A DNA stretch of 64,000 bases from Lingula anatina (lineage: Eukaryota > Animalia > Brachiopoda). Of this stretch, positions 51,449-64,000 are shown in pieces (position 1 is the first letter of the stretch; the number at the start of each line of letters is the position of its first letter). The DNA is taken from positions 6,696,001 to 6,760,000 of the forward strand of contig CM120647.1 of the NCBI GenBank assembly GCA_051362555.1, read 5' to 3'. The notes below the pieces were generated by a model that saw only the letters and a program-made list of their open reading frames with translations, had not been told where the DNA came from and ran no database searches. The position numbers and the translations under genes were made by a program.

Positions 51449-52942
51449 TTTGAGGTGACTGTGGAGGCCTTGGCTTACCAAATATACTAATGTTATAAAT
51501 GATACAGTTGACGATCTTAGTAAACTTGTTCTGGAACGACAGTTTTCTCCGTTCTTACCGGCAGTTTTGTTCGTTTTTCGTGTAATTTCTTTGGAGGGTA
51601 CGATGAAAAAAATCCTCGGTTTACCAAATTACCTCTATTTACGTGAACAAAGCCGTGGAATTGTTCGGCTGGCTGAAACCGACACCCTGTCAGATTAAGT
51701 CATCAAGCCACAGCTATAGATAATGTCCCCTTTTTCCTTTGGAACGAACGCCAAGTCCCCTGTTAGCTTCCCCACCTGTCCGACTCCCCGGGAGCGACGA
51801 CTGACTTATGAACGGAGAAAGTCTACAGGTGTTACAAACCGATTGTCTTTATGGTATACCAGACCGTACGTGACCTGAACGCCAATTGCCGCCATGTTTA
51901 TTCATTTTGGGAAATTTACCTCACAAGGTGTGGCAATTAAGAATGTCTTATTTCTCGGGGAAGTGTCGACGGCAGTGAGCGGAGTTTGTAATCATTTCGA
52001 ATATTAAGTGAAAAGTTTGACCAAACGTCCAGCACGTTGAAACTATAGACAGAAGAATGATCTGTGTATCAAAGTGGTAGATATGTTCACTCAAAACAGC
52101 TACATTTGTTATGGCTTGATGGTTATTAGCAGAAATAAAGATAAATGCTCTTCTTACAAATATGAGTAAAATTCTTGATAATTTTCAATCGAATTGAAGT
52201 ACACAAAAAGACTCCGTCCACTCTCCCTTTGAGAAGTTTCACAACATCAAATGAAATCGTTGAAAAGATACCCATCCAACATTGCGAGGATTTATGGTGG
52301 GTTAACACTCATTAAAAAGGTATTTGCATGTGTAACCGCCTGGAACGCGGCTAAGATGTCATTGGAGAAAGCGTTCTACACTAGTTTGAACCGTTTGTGT
52401 ACGAAATAAACAGGAAACTTTGCTTATTGTGATAGCGGCGATTGCGGTCAACGGAATATAAGAAAGATATAACAAAGCTATTAAGAATGACGTCACATGT
52501 ATTGATTAGGACTTCTTTTTGGCCCTCCTTTCTTAATGAATTTTTAAACAGGTTATGTGATAGCGCGGACGAACAGGGTTTTAACCAGGTTTCAAGGATA
52601 ATTTTAATAAGGATGACACCAAAACCAAAATGCGGAACCGGATAGTTTACGTTATAAGTAACAGTTTACTCCACAAGATGGAGTATGGTGAAAAAACTAA
52701 ACACACCAATTTGCGTGCTCTGTGCTTTTTCTATGCCTCAGAATCGCGTTTGGTATATATAGCTTTTCATTACAGTTTTTCTGATGCATTTAATATTTTT
52801 GGGACATTCACAAAATGATCTTGCACAAAACTTTATGTTCCTTAATACACATTGCTGTCGTTTTCTCAATGAAACTCTCAAAAGCAAAAAAAAAAAAAAA
52901 GAGTGCATTACACCCGCCATAAAGTGTGTAGCAATCTGTTAA

Positions 52943-53263
52943 AGGATTAATAACTATTCGTATGAGATCTATATTTCACAATAAAAACATTGTAAAAAAC
53001 TCATAGAAATATAATATATTCTGTTTTACCACAAAAACGGCAGTTATAGCTTGTCTTTAGACCACGTGACCTCCATTGACCTCTATACTCTGTTAAAATC
53101 TCTTAAGAGATGTTAACAAAAAACCAAACTTTTATAGAAAAAAAAAACAGGGACTAACTTTGAATGTAAAAATGAATTAATTAATCATTGGTAAGTATGG
53201 GAAAATTGTTGTTTACTCCAGGAAAATTCATTTTTTTGGCCGAAACGAAGGGTTATTATCCCT
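52943..53263 (+). mobile_element. Non-autonomous TTAA-flanked TIR element (Kolobok-like)
   Basis: ttaa|aggattaataactattcg ... cgaagggttattatccct. An inverted copy lies at 54899-55234, with partial copies near 60050-60175 and 61640-61730. Confidence 0.65.
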
Positions 53264-54364
53264 TTTACGATCCGCGGGATGAATCACCAAATGCTTAACA
53301 AGCTTATTTGTCTATTCAATATACAAACTTAGAGCCCTCGCGCGAGCTATTAAGTAAATAATAATGCAATTTGGTGCACCTGAGACAGAAAGTAAATGAG
53401 TATAACGACTTACAATAGACTCTAGTATGCTTTCACAGCAAGGATTCTTTTACTGTTCTGTTTTATGTATTTATTTATTCCCAGTGCGTGCACATGATAC
53501 ACATGAATATAAAAAACAAGTTAGATAAGTATATATATATATAGAGAGATATGTATAAGAAAAAGAAACAGATATAAACTACTTCTAGTGTTATGATACG
53601 ATGAATATATGTATGATTAAGTGATTAAGTGATTATATACTGTATAGTCACTATGTATTGGCCATAAGTTATATAGAATGGCGACAGCAGATTCTCTCAA
53701 GACGGCTTTCTAATTGGGCATCAACACAATAAAATTAATATTCAAAAATGTTACATCATCCCTAGGATCAAAAAGCAATCTGTTCGTATATCTAAAAGCG
53801 ACTTTCAACACCAGTATTAATAAACGTAAATTAAAAGTGGTAACTCGATTGTTTTTCATTTTCATTTCATGTACTTTATTGAAATGTACAGTGAAAGTGA
53901 AAAGTGCAACATAGAATTACAGTGTTTGAGTCTAGTGTATATATATTTATAATTATTCCAATATAACAAACACACATGTAACATCAGAATGGCATACAAG
54001 CTAAACGGTCTTGTGTGAAGGAATACCCGTAAGTAATTGGTTTCACCAAGTAAAACTTCTGTCAATAATAAACTTCTGCTTGGGATCGTACAATACTGTA
54101 TTATGCCTTGTTTCACCTATGTTCGGTGACAACTTGCATTGTGCAGTGTAATAACTTTATTTCATTGTAGCATAAATTTTTTTCTTACCTTTAATGCTTA
54201 TAAATAAATACTGTCATTATCTTCTTTTATTTTAGTTCATAGCTCCCAAAAGAAAACGGTTTACGATGTTTCTGTTTTCATTAATCATTGGTTAGTATTC
54301 TTATCTTATATGATATAATAGAATATAATTTTATATTACATTCTTTTATCTTACCTATCATCAG

Positions 54365-57300
54365 TCATCGTCGTAAAAGGCTATTAAAATATGCTAAAAG
54401 ATTATTAGGCATCGGTTTGATAAGAGGTCTGATAACTTGAACCTGATGGTCGAACTTAACGCCGAAGAAAGCTCGCAAATTATCGTTCCGCAGAAAATTA
54501 TCAAACGTTCCCTGATTGGGCGATTTTCTGTGGATCTTATAGGCTAGTTTAAATCCAACCCTGTCTATCGGCCATTCTCGTTCAGATGCACGGAAAAGGA
54601 CGGTCGCTGCATTGCCCAGGGTGGTTATCGTCTTAGTCGGGATTTCCGAACCGCAAAACCTGTTAAAAGTATCGACCATGTGAGTGTGTTTATAGTCAAC
54701 TGCTATGAACTGCTGTGGACTAGCAGTTGTAAGTAATTATCAGGAACAAACGGTCTGCATCTAATTCCATGCAAGGAATTTATGAAGTAGGATTATCTTT
54801 AAAATATAACCATTTTTCGTTCTTGTAACAAATGTATAGACCACAGAAGAGTATTGTTCTAGGCTTTTGCAAAATTATAGTAAACAACATTGATTTAAAG
54901 GGATAATAACTCTTCGTTTTGGCCAAAAAATGAATTTTCCTGGAGTAAACAACAATTTTCCCATACTTACCAGTGGTTAATGAATCCATTTGTTCATTCA
55001 AAGTTAGTCCCTGGTTTTTTTCTAAAAAGTTTGGTTTTTTGTTAAAATCTCTTAAGAGATTTTAACAGAGTATAGCCGTCAATGGAGGTCACATGGTCTA
55101 AAGACAAGCTCAGATATCAGAATAATAGCTATAACTGCCGTTTTTGTGGTAAAACAGAATATGTTATATTTCTATGAGTTATTCACAATGTTTTATTGTG
55201 AAATGTAGACCTCATACGAAGAGTTATTATCCCTTTAACTTTTGCATTGATTTGTTATTTGTTAATATGCAAATAAACAAAGAAGCATTACCTCGCCCCA
55301 GAGGTACCTATGGACTTCCCGTAGCGTATTTCTACGTAGTCGTTACAAAGACCATCAGCAAATGCCGCTATGTTGAATATCGGACCTTTGAAGTACAGGC
55401 TAATTACATGACCGGGAGGTGCCTGTGAACAGCAGATCAAATAATTACACAAATAAATAAATTCACAAATAAGTAAATAAATGATGGATCTAAAAAATAA
55501 TAATAATTTAATACACAGTGTACAAATATTGTGTGAAAGCATTTTGGCAAGTCTTTCAAGCATTTTAGCGCTAAAATTTCAAATAACGTTTCTTTTACTA
55601 AAAGTAATTACCTCCACCAAGGAGGTTATGTTTTCACCCCTGTTTGTCTGTTTGTTTGTCATCAACTCAAAAAGTTATGGACCCATTTTGACAAAATTTT
55701 CAGGAACTGTCAGAAGTGGGCCAAGGAAGAGATGATTAGTTTTTGGTGGTGATTCGGATCAATAATCAATCAATACTCAATAATAATCAAAAATCGCTGC
55801 CTTGGCGGAGGTCTGCGCTTTTCTAGATGTCAATAAAAGTAACTTGTCACCTTGATGAGCCAGCTGCATTGCTGGCCACGTGCGTACGGCGTGTCTCTAT
55901 ATCGATTCCCAAATCGCATTGCTACGTCATAACCGGGGGATTCCATTGTCTGCTCATATTCGGTGGCCTCCAAAACAGCCCCGCAGTGTTGCCCTATAAT
56001 TGAAATCAGAAAGTGTGACAAGATGACCGAGACGAACTTGGCAAATTTTCCACCCCATTGTCATATAAATTTTCTATTTTTGCTCCCCTCCCCTCCCCCC
56101 TAAAACTGAGAGCAACTGAAAGCAAGCACTGTAAATCTGAAATTTTAAGAACAGGAAGTTTTCCTGTACAAACTATCAGCAGTAGACAGTAAATAATAAA
56201 ATTGATAAAGCCTACAGGTTCCATCAAACAGGTGTGAATTGAGGGATTCCAGATATTGCATACATTATATACTTATATTTGCCTTATTTTTATCTTTAAA
56301 AAATGAAACTTGGATTTCTAGGAGAAACTATAGAAACCAAGCCACTTCTCTTTTACAAAGGGGGTGCACAGGGCAAAATTATATAAAACAACACCCGAAA
56401 ACAATTTCAGTACAATTTATGAGGCACAGGAATGTACAAATTGCTTGGTTTTGTCTCGTTTTATTCATCATAAGGTTTTGGGGTAGGAAAAGGAAGGTAT
56501 CTTAGCAAATAAGAGAGACCATGTGCCTGCTGTATCCTCCTCCGTATCTGCCATTAATTATAATAAATTGGCATAATAGTTACCTTTAGATGACATTACT
56601 CTGTCACACCTTCTTCCACTCAAACCTTCAGGACAGAGACAAGAAGAGCACCTGGACATTTCGTTTGGGTTGGGATAGCCTTCGTTCTCGCAATACAGAT
56701 TGGAATTCTTGCACGTATCTATACGAAAATAAATTGAAAACATTCGAGAAAAAATAGCATACACCTTCACTGCACAGTCCAAATATGCAATTTATATATC
56801 CCACAAAAGATCAATATAGGCGTCAAAAAAAAAAAAAAAAAAAAAAAAGAAACGAAAGTACCACTTATCTGACTCTGTCACGTTACACCGTAGATGTCTC
56901 ACTTACCAGGACAGTACAACATATTCACAGCCTTGGCGTCAAAGAATTGTATACCGGTAGAGGTCCCTACACTTCTCTGGAGAAGAGGATCTTTGGCCAG
57001 AATGGTCCGAAGATTAACGAGGACGTTGTTCTTATCATATACCACCTTGCCAAACATCTAGAATAACAGTTATGGAGAAAAAGAAAACGGACATCTTATA
57101 ATTTCTTTAAAAGCACTTTGCAAAAAGTAAGACGTGACACGTAAGGAATTTGCTTTTGTGTCAATAAATAGCTGTTTACAAAAGTCAGACTGTATCGATC
57201 GTGACATAATCAATTTGTCGTGTTATCCTCGACTCCGTGATAATTTCCCTCAGTTATATTGAAAAATATTTTGTCTAAAATCAATAAAAAGGAAAAATAT

Positions 57301-59241
57301 GCATACGCTCACAGATATATATATAGCTAAAGAACTTGTTCACTATAAAATGACAATGACCTCCCCTATTTTACTACATGAACAATAAAAGAAACTCACT
57401 TTGTCCGGGTAATGCATGAGAGAGCCAACGTCGTACGGGAGATTGAATGTATTTACTTCTGATGGACCTTTCGCCTTGAATTGGTATTGCAAGTACGGTT
57501 CTAAGTTTTCTTTCAGAATTGTGACGTAAGAATCTCGATCTGGACGAGACTGTTCGTGAGTTAATCCAAGGGCGTGACCAATCTCGTGGCGTATGATATC
57601 AATCTGAGGGAAGAATTACCGATCAAGTATTATCTTTAATAAAAAATGATACAAGGGGTGTAAAATGGATAAATAAAAAAATCATTAGCAGGAATCTTGG
57701 AAATAACACTAAAACTGCATGTATTGAAGGGACGATGTATTAGTGGAACATCTTATCTTTCACATGCGATTTAAGAGGGTATGATATTTAAGGACCGTGC
57801 AGTCTGTGTTTTATTTTCTTTTTTAATTGGTGGTTCATGCATAAAGTGTTGACAGTTAACGCTTACATTGACAAAACAACTGCTGTCGAAGTAGACCATT
57901 TGTGTGTTGTGACGGGTCTGGCCTGTATATCGGCCCACGTGAGACGCACAACTGAAAAAAAAAGCGAAAAAAATCATTTATTAATCAATTAAAGGATAAA
58001 GGATGCCTGCACATGCATGTGTGACACTTTTTGTTCAAATTAAGTTTTGTTTGGTTTGGCAATTCACGTTGAACAATAACTCCATTCTTTTGAAGTGAAG
58101 TGTTTTCCCCTATTTAATACAGTCAGCGCAGGTTCAATGTGTTATTCAGTTCGATACGAATTATAAATCAAAATCGGCTCTTTCCAACGAAAAGTTTTAA
58201 ACCGTATTGCGTATTGTCAAGATGTCAAAAGGACCTAAACAACAGACAACAAACAAGAACAATAGTGGCTGACCAACCGAAAAAAATACCATACGACTAC
58301 GTGACCCCCCTCCCCGGCTTCAAAGCACTCCTTCTCTCTTTTCTGTGCAATCCCCTCCCCTCCAAATAAAAAGGATAACAAAAGAAGCGTGACAAATCGA
58401 ATCAAGTCTTAACCTTATTTCCTATATATTACGGTAAAATTGTCCCATACGGTAAAATTGTGTGAAATAATTATTGTGATCCCTCTTTTACCATATTTAG
58501 TCTTGGTTCGCCTCGGTCCGCCAGTGATCAATATACCGCTATCAAACATGCCGTGGCTCTATAGGCCTAATCATTACTTACCCATTTTGCCTAGAAAAGA
58601 TGAGAAGTGGTTGACGTAAGGAATCGGTTCCTTCCATGAACCGTACACATGTGACTTGCTCCCACTCCTTGATAATTGATCTGATTGTCTCTATTTCATC
58701 TTGGCCTGAAACAGAAATGGACTTTGTTTACGCCTTATTATTGATACGATTTTATGATAGGCCTATAGGCCTACACCTAGACCCTGAATAATAAAACGAA
58801 AAAAAGGGGTAGGCCTACCGTATTTGTTCCACAGGTGGAGGAATTTCAATATATAGGAATCCAATGTTAATTCTTTATTTTGTGATTTCTATTTATGAAC
58901 ACGATTCAGATTTCCATGTCTATGTTTTGTAGTTGATGGGACCTGTTTTCCTCTGTAAGTCTTTTAACTTTCTTTTGGTAATTGCTGTTTTCGTTATTTT
59001 TGTTGTAGTTCTGACGCTTACTATGCCTGTGTATTTTATCAAATGTGTAGATGATGGGCAGGTCCCATTTTTTCCTCAGATCAGAGACCACTTTTCGTTT
59101 TTGGCGCTCTTTTGGTGTTTTAGCAGACGACAGGTCTCCATTTCCTTCCTCACATTGCCAGAGAGCGTCATCGATTTCTTCTGGAGTCAGCAGAATGTCG
59201 CCACTGCGCATGTCATCGCTGCAGTAGGACGACGAAGGGCA
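54365..59241 (-). CDS. Astacin (M12A) metalloprotease with EGF and CUB domains, 5' end unresolved; exons ~59022-59241, 58582-58705, 57867-57951, 57400-57603, 56907-57057, 56584-56718, 55851-55993, 55292-55422, 54365-54659
   Basis: Prodomain GDILLT and RQKR furin site; HEIGHALGLTHEQSRPDRD zinc motif; SLMHY Met-turn; EGF-like CENEGYPNP..CSSCLCPEGLSGRRC; CUB HCGAVL..ESPGY..CSWLIK..CNDYVEIR..RFCG..GFKLAY. Confidence 0.9.
54899..55234 (-). mobile_element. Non-autonomous TTAA-flanked TIR element (Kolobok-like), inverted copy in the last astacin intron
   Basis: ttaa|agggataataactcttcg ... cgaagagttattatccct|ttaa. Confidence 0.7.
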
Positions 59242-60009
59242 CTAGAAAAGAGGATGAAACAATGAGATATCGCCTGGCGCACCCTGATTCCTGAGATAAT
59301 AAAAACTCATATATACTATGGAAGACACGCTGGGGTTAAAGCTCGTTTCTTAGTAAACCTGGAAGCTCAGAGTGCCTAAGCGCGGCCTCAATATTGGGTG
59401 ATATAATAATAAAAGTAAAACACCTTAATTGTTTAATTTGTTTCTTAAATGTTATTGTTGCTTTCTGAGAAAGAGTGGGCCTATGCTTTGGGTAATTTTT
59501 TTCGCTTTCAAAATAAAATCCCTTTTCAAATAAATTATTTGTTTCCTTTTGCTACTAAATAGTAATTATATGACATAATCCTAAAAAAAAAAAAAAAAAA
59601 GAAAAAAATAGCCTATAATACGTTTATTACTTTTAAAATGAGGGATTGTCCATTAATTTGTTGATCTGAGACGAATAATCCAATTAACTCCAATTATCTC
59701 CAATAAATTACTCTTAATGAAAGCCCTTTGAAAGACTTCGGTCAAAAACATTTTTAAAGTACGGTGCGTTCAAAGAGATAAAAAAATCCACACTTCATCA
59801 ACGTAGTTTTAGGTGAGACATTAAATGTGACCGTAGTTAACTGCGCAGGTACATAGAGAGACCATATAAACACAATTAGCGGCTCACCGCACTTCGGGTT
59901 GAGATGTGACCGACCACAATGGGAGCGCACCATGTCGTCCCACTACGCTGGGAATTGTTTTGCACTGGCGTTCCTTTTATTTTATCTTTGTCAAAGGCCA
60001 GCTGGGTGA

Positions 60010-60042
<33 letters not shown>

Positions 60043-63000
60043 AAGAAGTCTTTAGGAAAAAAAGCAGAGACTAACTTTGAATGTAGAAATGGATTCGTTA
60101 ACCATTGGTAAGTATGGGAAAATTGTTGTTTACTCAAGGAAATTTTTTTCCAAAATGAACTGTTGTTATCCTTTTCAGGTTACTCATTTTGTATGCGCTG
60201 AAGAACTAACGGGAACGGCCGGAGAACGCTTTTGAGACAGGCACAGTTATTGTCTCTCATTTTTAATAAAAGTGAACATTACCAGGTTTTATCGGGCAAA
60301 TTTTTCTTTAATTGGCTGTTTTAATACATTGGTAAATCGCTTCCCACATCGACTTGTTATTCACGTGAACAAGCCACTTTGGTGAAGGGTCTTAAGGCCA
60401 TGCCTTAAAGGTGAATAATACGATTTACTTTTTTACCCAACGACATTCTTCTTCCCAAAATACCGTGTAGAATGGCGGCAAATAATGGAGAATAAGTATC
60501 TCTTATTTTCATTTATGAACCAAATATCCATTACAAGGCTTTTTTGCTACACATAAAGCCCCACGCATCAGTTCGTCTGGGCAAAACTGAGCACATCGTT
60601 TCTACATTCAAGCTCCAATCTAGTCATGGTTACATTACAGCAATGCAATCTGACATACATCTGTATGGTTTATGTGTTGAAGCAGTAGCAGCCATGCATT
60701 TGAATTTTTCTTTTTGTATGTTTACATTCGTTTGTTCAATACTTCCTACTTTTTCCTTTTTTCTTTTTATTTCCAAATCAATTTAACCTAGGGTCCATCA
60801 TTTGGAATGCGCTGGCTTGTTGACATTTGTACAATACTTTCTTCTTCCTTGACATCTAATTCATTTCTTTTACTTTAAATTTGTCATTATTATGTAGCAT
60901 GTATGTTTTCAGTTACCACATAAGAATAGAAATAATGGACGCGTTTAAAGAAATTTTGATATAAGTTTATATATTTATTGATATATCTTAGAACATTTGT
61001 CAGTATTGGTTCACGTCATTCTTCTTGGTCATAAACACTGTTGGTTTTCCGATATCATCATATTAATCCCAATATCTAATACCAACGTACTTTTCGACGA
61101 AATAAATGTACAATGCTTTCTTTCCATCCTACTTTAAGGTTCATTCTTTTGAATTATTATACCCTCCTCGGGCACGTTGGAAGCACATTTTAAGTTGGGG
61201 GGAAAAGCGACTTTGAATCCGGGGGGGGGGGATTTCCTTAAACCCCCCCTACTCTTGGCATAGGGCTTAGGACTACTGTAGTTAAAAATAAGCGGTGGGC
61301 AGCGCCAACTCTGCCCGTTTTTACCCATCTGTCCTTGCTTCAGCATAGCAAGTTCGCTATTCAGACTTGCAACCTCTAAAGACTTTTCCTTGCAGGTTGT
61401 CTGAGACCATTTGGTTTTTAAAGGGACAACAGCTATTCGTATGATATGCATATCTCACGATAAATACATTGCAAACAACTCATAGAAAAACAAGGAATTC
61501 CATTTTATCACCAAAACAGCGGTTATCGCAATTATTCTGGAATATGTGCTTGCCACCAGACCAACTGTCCCTTCATAGATGGCTTTACCTCCGTAATTAT
61601 CTATTCAGAGATTATAAAAATAAATTAAATAAAAAGAAAATAATAAAAAACAGGAATAATTTTGAATGTAGGAAGCGATTCATTAACCATTTGTAAGAAT
61701 GGGACAATCCTAACAGATGTTATCCATTAAAGGTCTAATGTGTAGTCAAATAGCACATTCAGAACGAGGCTGCATTCAGAACAGCGCGGACCAACTAGTC
61801 CACGGGTCAAATATGGCCGATCCACTTGAATACTTTCCCACGGGGAATCTATTCAGTGCCTTTTAGCGGATTAGATGGCAAGCTTTTTAGTCAGTCGCCA
61901 CAATCCCCAAATAAACACTGAAAAGATTCCACGTGGTGAATTACGCGGTGAGTTTTCAAGTAGGTCGGCCATATTTGATCCGAGGATTTGTTAGTTCGCG
62001 GATCAACTTTGGTTGTGAATGCGGCCATAAAAAAGCTACTTACGTCTTTTAACCTTTGTCCCTTGCAGTAGCAGTACTCTAGCCGCCCCAGTTTACAGCG
62101 GTACTCTTCGAACATCTGCGACGAAATCTCATCCTCTGTAATCTCGTTTTCCAGAGTCAACTGAACCGTCTGATTTGTCGAATTGTGTTTTATTACAAGA
62201 CTCTAAAAAATGAAACGCCGGTAGTAAAGGTATGTCTATGTTTATCAGACTTCGTGTGCAAAGGCGTTTCTGTGTGCCGAGTTTGAGCAATCCGCAAAAA
62301 CTTATCAATATTATTCTCATCTTTTTACAGCTTGTGTAATAAATGAATAAATAAATGACTGACTGACTGCTAATCAACTGATAAAGAAATTAAATCTTGT
62401 CATATAAACAAGCAACACCGATACAAAAAAAAATAATAATAATATGGAATAATACTTAATGTCATTATTTGAAATCGTCTACACAATCGACTGCATTAAG
62501 AAGAATCACTACATTAAAAAAAATAATAAATAAATAAATAAGGATAAAAATAATGTCAATAGTAAAGAAATTAAAGGAAAATAGTTACCTCTGATAAAGG
62601 AGCTCCAGTTGCCATATATTGCAGAAAACAAACCAAGAACAAAAAACACACGTGTTGTTTCCCGTCCATTTTACAGCTATCGTCTGCTAAACAGAATTTA
62701 CATAAATTGCAATCCTCTGATTTTTACTTTGAGACCTGTTAAAAAATTCTCTATCTCAAAGACACAGTTTGAGCCCGTTTGCCCAATCTCTACTACAAGA
62801 CAGTCCAGAACATTATCAATAATGTCCATTTATTCCGGTGACTCGCACCGTTCACTGCTACGTGGTTTGTTCAGATACAGTTTAAAGACTCTTAATGTCC
62901 CTTTCGGGCCTCTAAATTGATGTCGTCTGCCTGTCCCGGGAGTCCCGTGCTCGCTGAACGATGACATCTTAGCGTTAATTATCCCAACTGAGAGAGAGCA

Positions 63001-64000
63001 TTAACCCCTCCGCAACCAACAGAATTATTAAGTGTCAATGTATATATGAGTTTTGTGTCCTCGATTTCAGTATAAATGGGTTAGAAAAAAATTAAATCTT
63101 CTCCAGTTTTGCTCATCAGGCACACTACGTTCTTTTTCCCTTTTCTTAAAGCTCTCCTGTCTGTTTCTTTTTTATCTCATTTTTTCTGCACTGTTGTCTT
63201 TTTCTTCCTTCTTAAACATCTGATACAATATTTTCATCCTTTTCTGTTCAGCTGGTCAAACTAGTATTCTCATTAATGGACATCTTTAAGCCGTCTTGGA
63301 AAGAGCAAAAGAAATGTCCGTGTACAAACCTCAGTCATTTTGAACTGTTCATGAGCAGACGATAGTTTTCTGCAAAGTCTTGTGCTAGAGGCTCGTGATC
63401 CCAGTACAGAATTTTACACATCGCGTTGTTTTCACAATGACGAGTAGGCTATATGGGTTATTTAAATCTGCTTCTTTAGGTTCTCTTGCAAGGTTAATAT
63501 AACTGAAGACGTCTCTTGTAACCGAAGCAAGACAAGGATCCCCCCCCCCCCCCAAAAAAAAAAAAAAGGTCATAAATTATTTAAATTATGCACATACAAC
63601 AAAGAAAACGATTCAGGCTCATTGTCTTTTTACCCTTTCAAAGATGTATGGGCACCAGGCTTACTTAATTTTACTCATTTATAAATTCATTTTATTTTAA
63701 TTCACTATGATCATTATTTCCACTTCCTAGGACGAAGACACCCTTTGGCAGAAACCAACAAAGAATTCAAAGGCAATTTTCAAACTTCTAAATCACCGAC
63801 GGCGTGTCATGAAAATCGCGTTCAACCTTAAGAGATAATTGAAATTAAAGAGACTTAATTCAAATTCATTAGAAAAGGAAATGGAGTGATTTATGTAGCA
63901 CAGCACTTAACTATGAGATACCTTGCTGTTGTCGTGCTTCTACTACACAAATAGGCTATTTAATAAACTGAAAAGGCAGTTTCGCGCCAACGGTTCATCA

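Overview
AT-rich, intron-rich animal DNA (canonical GT-AG introns, microsatellites, many DNA-transposon and LINE relics), most likely a marine invertebrate; the taxon cannot be fixed from sequence alone. Manual splicing gives eight gene models. (1) Four two-exon paralogs of a signal-peptide-bearing EF-hand protein of the sarcoplasmic Ca-binding protein (SCP)/aequorin-fold family, three intact and one with a premature stop. They form a ~35-kb inverted duplication around (2) an intact 10-exon aldo-keto reductase with unusual cofactor-site residues. (3) A single-exon secreted 10-Cys protein. (4) A 17-exon gene in which two complete berberine-bridge-enzyme (BBE)/VAO-type FAD oxidase modules splice in frame into one ~1068-aa secreted protein. 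(5) An astacin-EGF-CUB metalloprotease. The best lead is this grouping of secreted SCP/photoprotein-fold proteins, a reductase and a predicted H2O2-producing double flavoenzyme. It may be an animal small-molecule or secretion gene cluster (luminescence, pigment or defence), but that function is inference and needs expression, synteny and biochemical tests.
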